Source: Pavona decussata (Eukaryota). Taken from it: a DNA stretch of 64,000 nt. The notes beneath the pieces are model-generated. The model worked only from the letters and a program-made list of their open reading frames with translations. It made no database searches and was not told the DNA's origin. How positions within the stretch are numbered: position 1 is the first letter of the stretch; each line of letters begins with the position of its first letter. The position numbers and the translations under genes were made by a program. The DNA is taken from positions 5,518,001 to 5,582,000 of the forward strand of contig CDRNST010000051.1 of NCBI GenBank assembly GCA_977016875.1. Direction: 5' to 3'. Below, piece by piece: positions 62,687 through 64,000 of this stretch.

Positions 62687-63184
62687 CAGATTAGCAAACA
62701 ATGGATTTTTAAACATTGTGCTAAAGACCCGAGGAAAAAACTAAAGAAACGTTTGAAGTTATGCGCGTTAAATTACGTTTTGTTAATTCAGTTAATTGTT
62801 GAGTGTTTTGAAACTTGGAAACGATTGTATAGAAAATCACAAAGAATTCATCTTTCTTATTATTGATGCCATCAGGTGTTCTTGATATTGTTGAAGTTTT
62901 CCTGGAAATAGTTATGGAAATATAATTTCTTACTTACACGTGTGTTAGAGTCAATATTTCATTTCTATACAACTTCACACCGAAGTACATAGAATAAACT
63001 GAATAAATATAACTTGTGATCACCCATGGAAAGCAGCTTCTTATTTTCCTTTATAGACGTTCGTATTCGTTTAGTTCTCCACGGCTTAGCCAATACTTCT
63101 CTTGGCGTGAAGAGACCGATTTTAAGGAGGCATGGTTATTGATTATTTCATTTCCTCTATTGTAAAACAAGGCTAACAAATTGT

Positions 63185-64000
63185 CAGTGTGTAGTGTAGT
63201 AGCTGTAAGAGCTGTACTACTGCACATACTACACTTACTACAGCTACTACACTAAGTGGCGGATCCAGGGAAGGGGCCCGGGGACCTGCCCTTCTTATTC
63301 TTCGACCAAAATGAGGGCCGAAGGGCCGAAAAAACATTTTTCGGAGACTGCCCCCCCCCCCCCCTAACCTCAGGGTCTAGATGACCGCCCCCACTTATCT
63401 GAAGGTCTAGATTCGCCACTGACACTTACTACACTTACTAGGGCTACTACAGATACTACACATACTACAGATACTACACTTACTACAGCTACTGCAGATA
63501 CTACAGATACTACACTTACTACAGCTACTACGCTTACTACACTTACTACAGATACTACAGCTACTACAGTTACTACAGATACTACACTTACTACACTTAC
63601 TACAGCTAATACAGATACCACACTTACTACAGCTACTACACTTAATGCAGCTACAGATACTACAGCTACTACAGTTACTACAGATACTACACTTAGTACA
63701 CTTACTACAGCTAATACAGATACCACACTTACTACAGCTAATACAGATACCACACTTACTACACTTACTACACCTACTACACTTACTACAGATACTACTA
63801 CACTAACTACAGCCACTACACTTACTACAGCTACTACCGCTACTACACTCACAACAGCTACTACACTTACTACAGCTACTACACTTAGTACACTTACTAC
63901 AATTACTTCAACTACTACACTTACTACAGCTACTGCACTTAGTACACTTAGTACAATTACTTCAACTACTACATTTACTACAGCTACTACACTTACTACA
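63185..64000. repeat. 9-bp-unit minisatellite ACTACA(CTT/GCT/GAT/GTT)
   Basis: Direct reading; runs to the window edge; short inverted copy at 63187-63212. Confidence 0.95.
63254..63421. mobile_element. Small hAT-like MITE inserted in the minisatellite
   Basis: Inverted termini AGTGGCGGATC / GATTCGCCACTG; TSD not clean. Confidence 0.7.

Noticed and set aside
63370-63852. 160-aa Val/Ser-rich membrane-protein-like ORF
   Set aside because: Antisense translation of the 9-bp minisatellite.

Overview
This is eukaryotic, AT-rich, intron-containing DNA. The repeat families resemble those of a stony coral or other anthozoan (recognition only, not verified). I found no intact host gene; the window is a nested stack of decayed mobile elements, and many ORF-track entries are antisense shadows or exon fragments. 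From left to right it holds: a P-element-like transposase remnant; an Academ/DUF6589-type transposase remnant containing a tRNA-derived SINE; and a chromodomain gene lying tail-to-tail with a spliced RAG1-core/Transib-like DDE transposase. Next come a second Academ/DUF6589-type gene bracketed by a 21-bp inverted motif, and an SGNH-esterase-ORF1 LINE inside it that was hit twice at TTAA sites by Sola3 elements (2.9 kb non-autonomous, 9.2 kb transposase-coding). Further right are an IS3EU-like integrase, a rearranged gag-pro-only BEL/Pao element, a spliced DUF927/SF3-like P-loop ATPase pseudogene and a full-length degenerate BEL/Pao element. The window ends with a Sola3-end/LINE/Kolobok/MITE/RTE nest, a tandem CXC-domain fragment and a 9-bp minisatellite. 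The most interesting candidates are the convergent RAG1-like + chromodomain pair, the intron-containing phage/plasmid-type ATPase, and the two related Academ-like transposases. All protein calls come from manual translation and motif recognition; no database searches were run.
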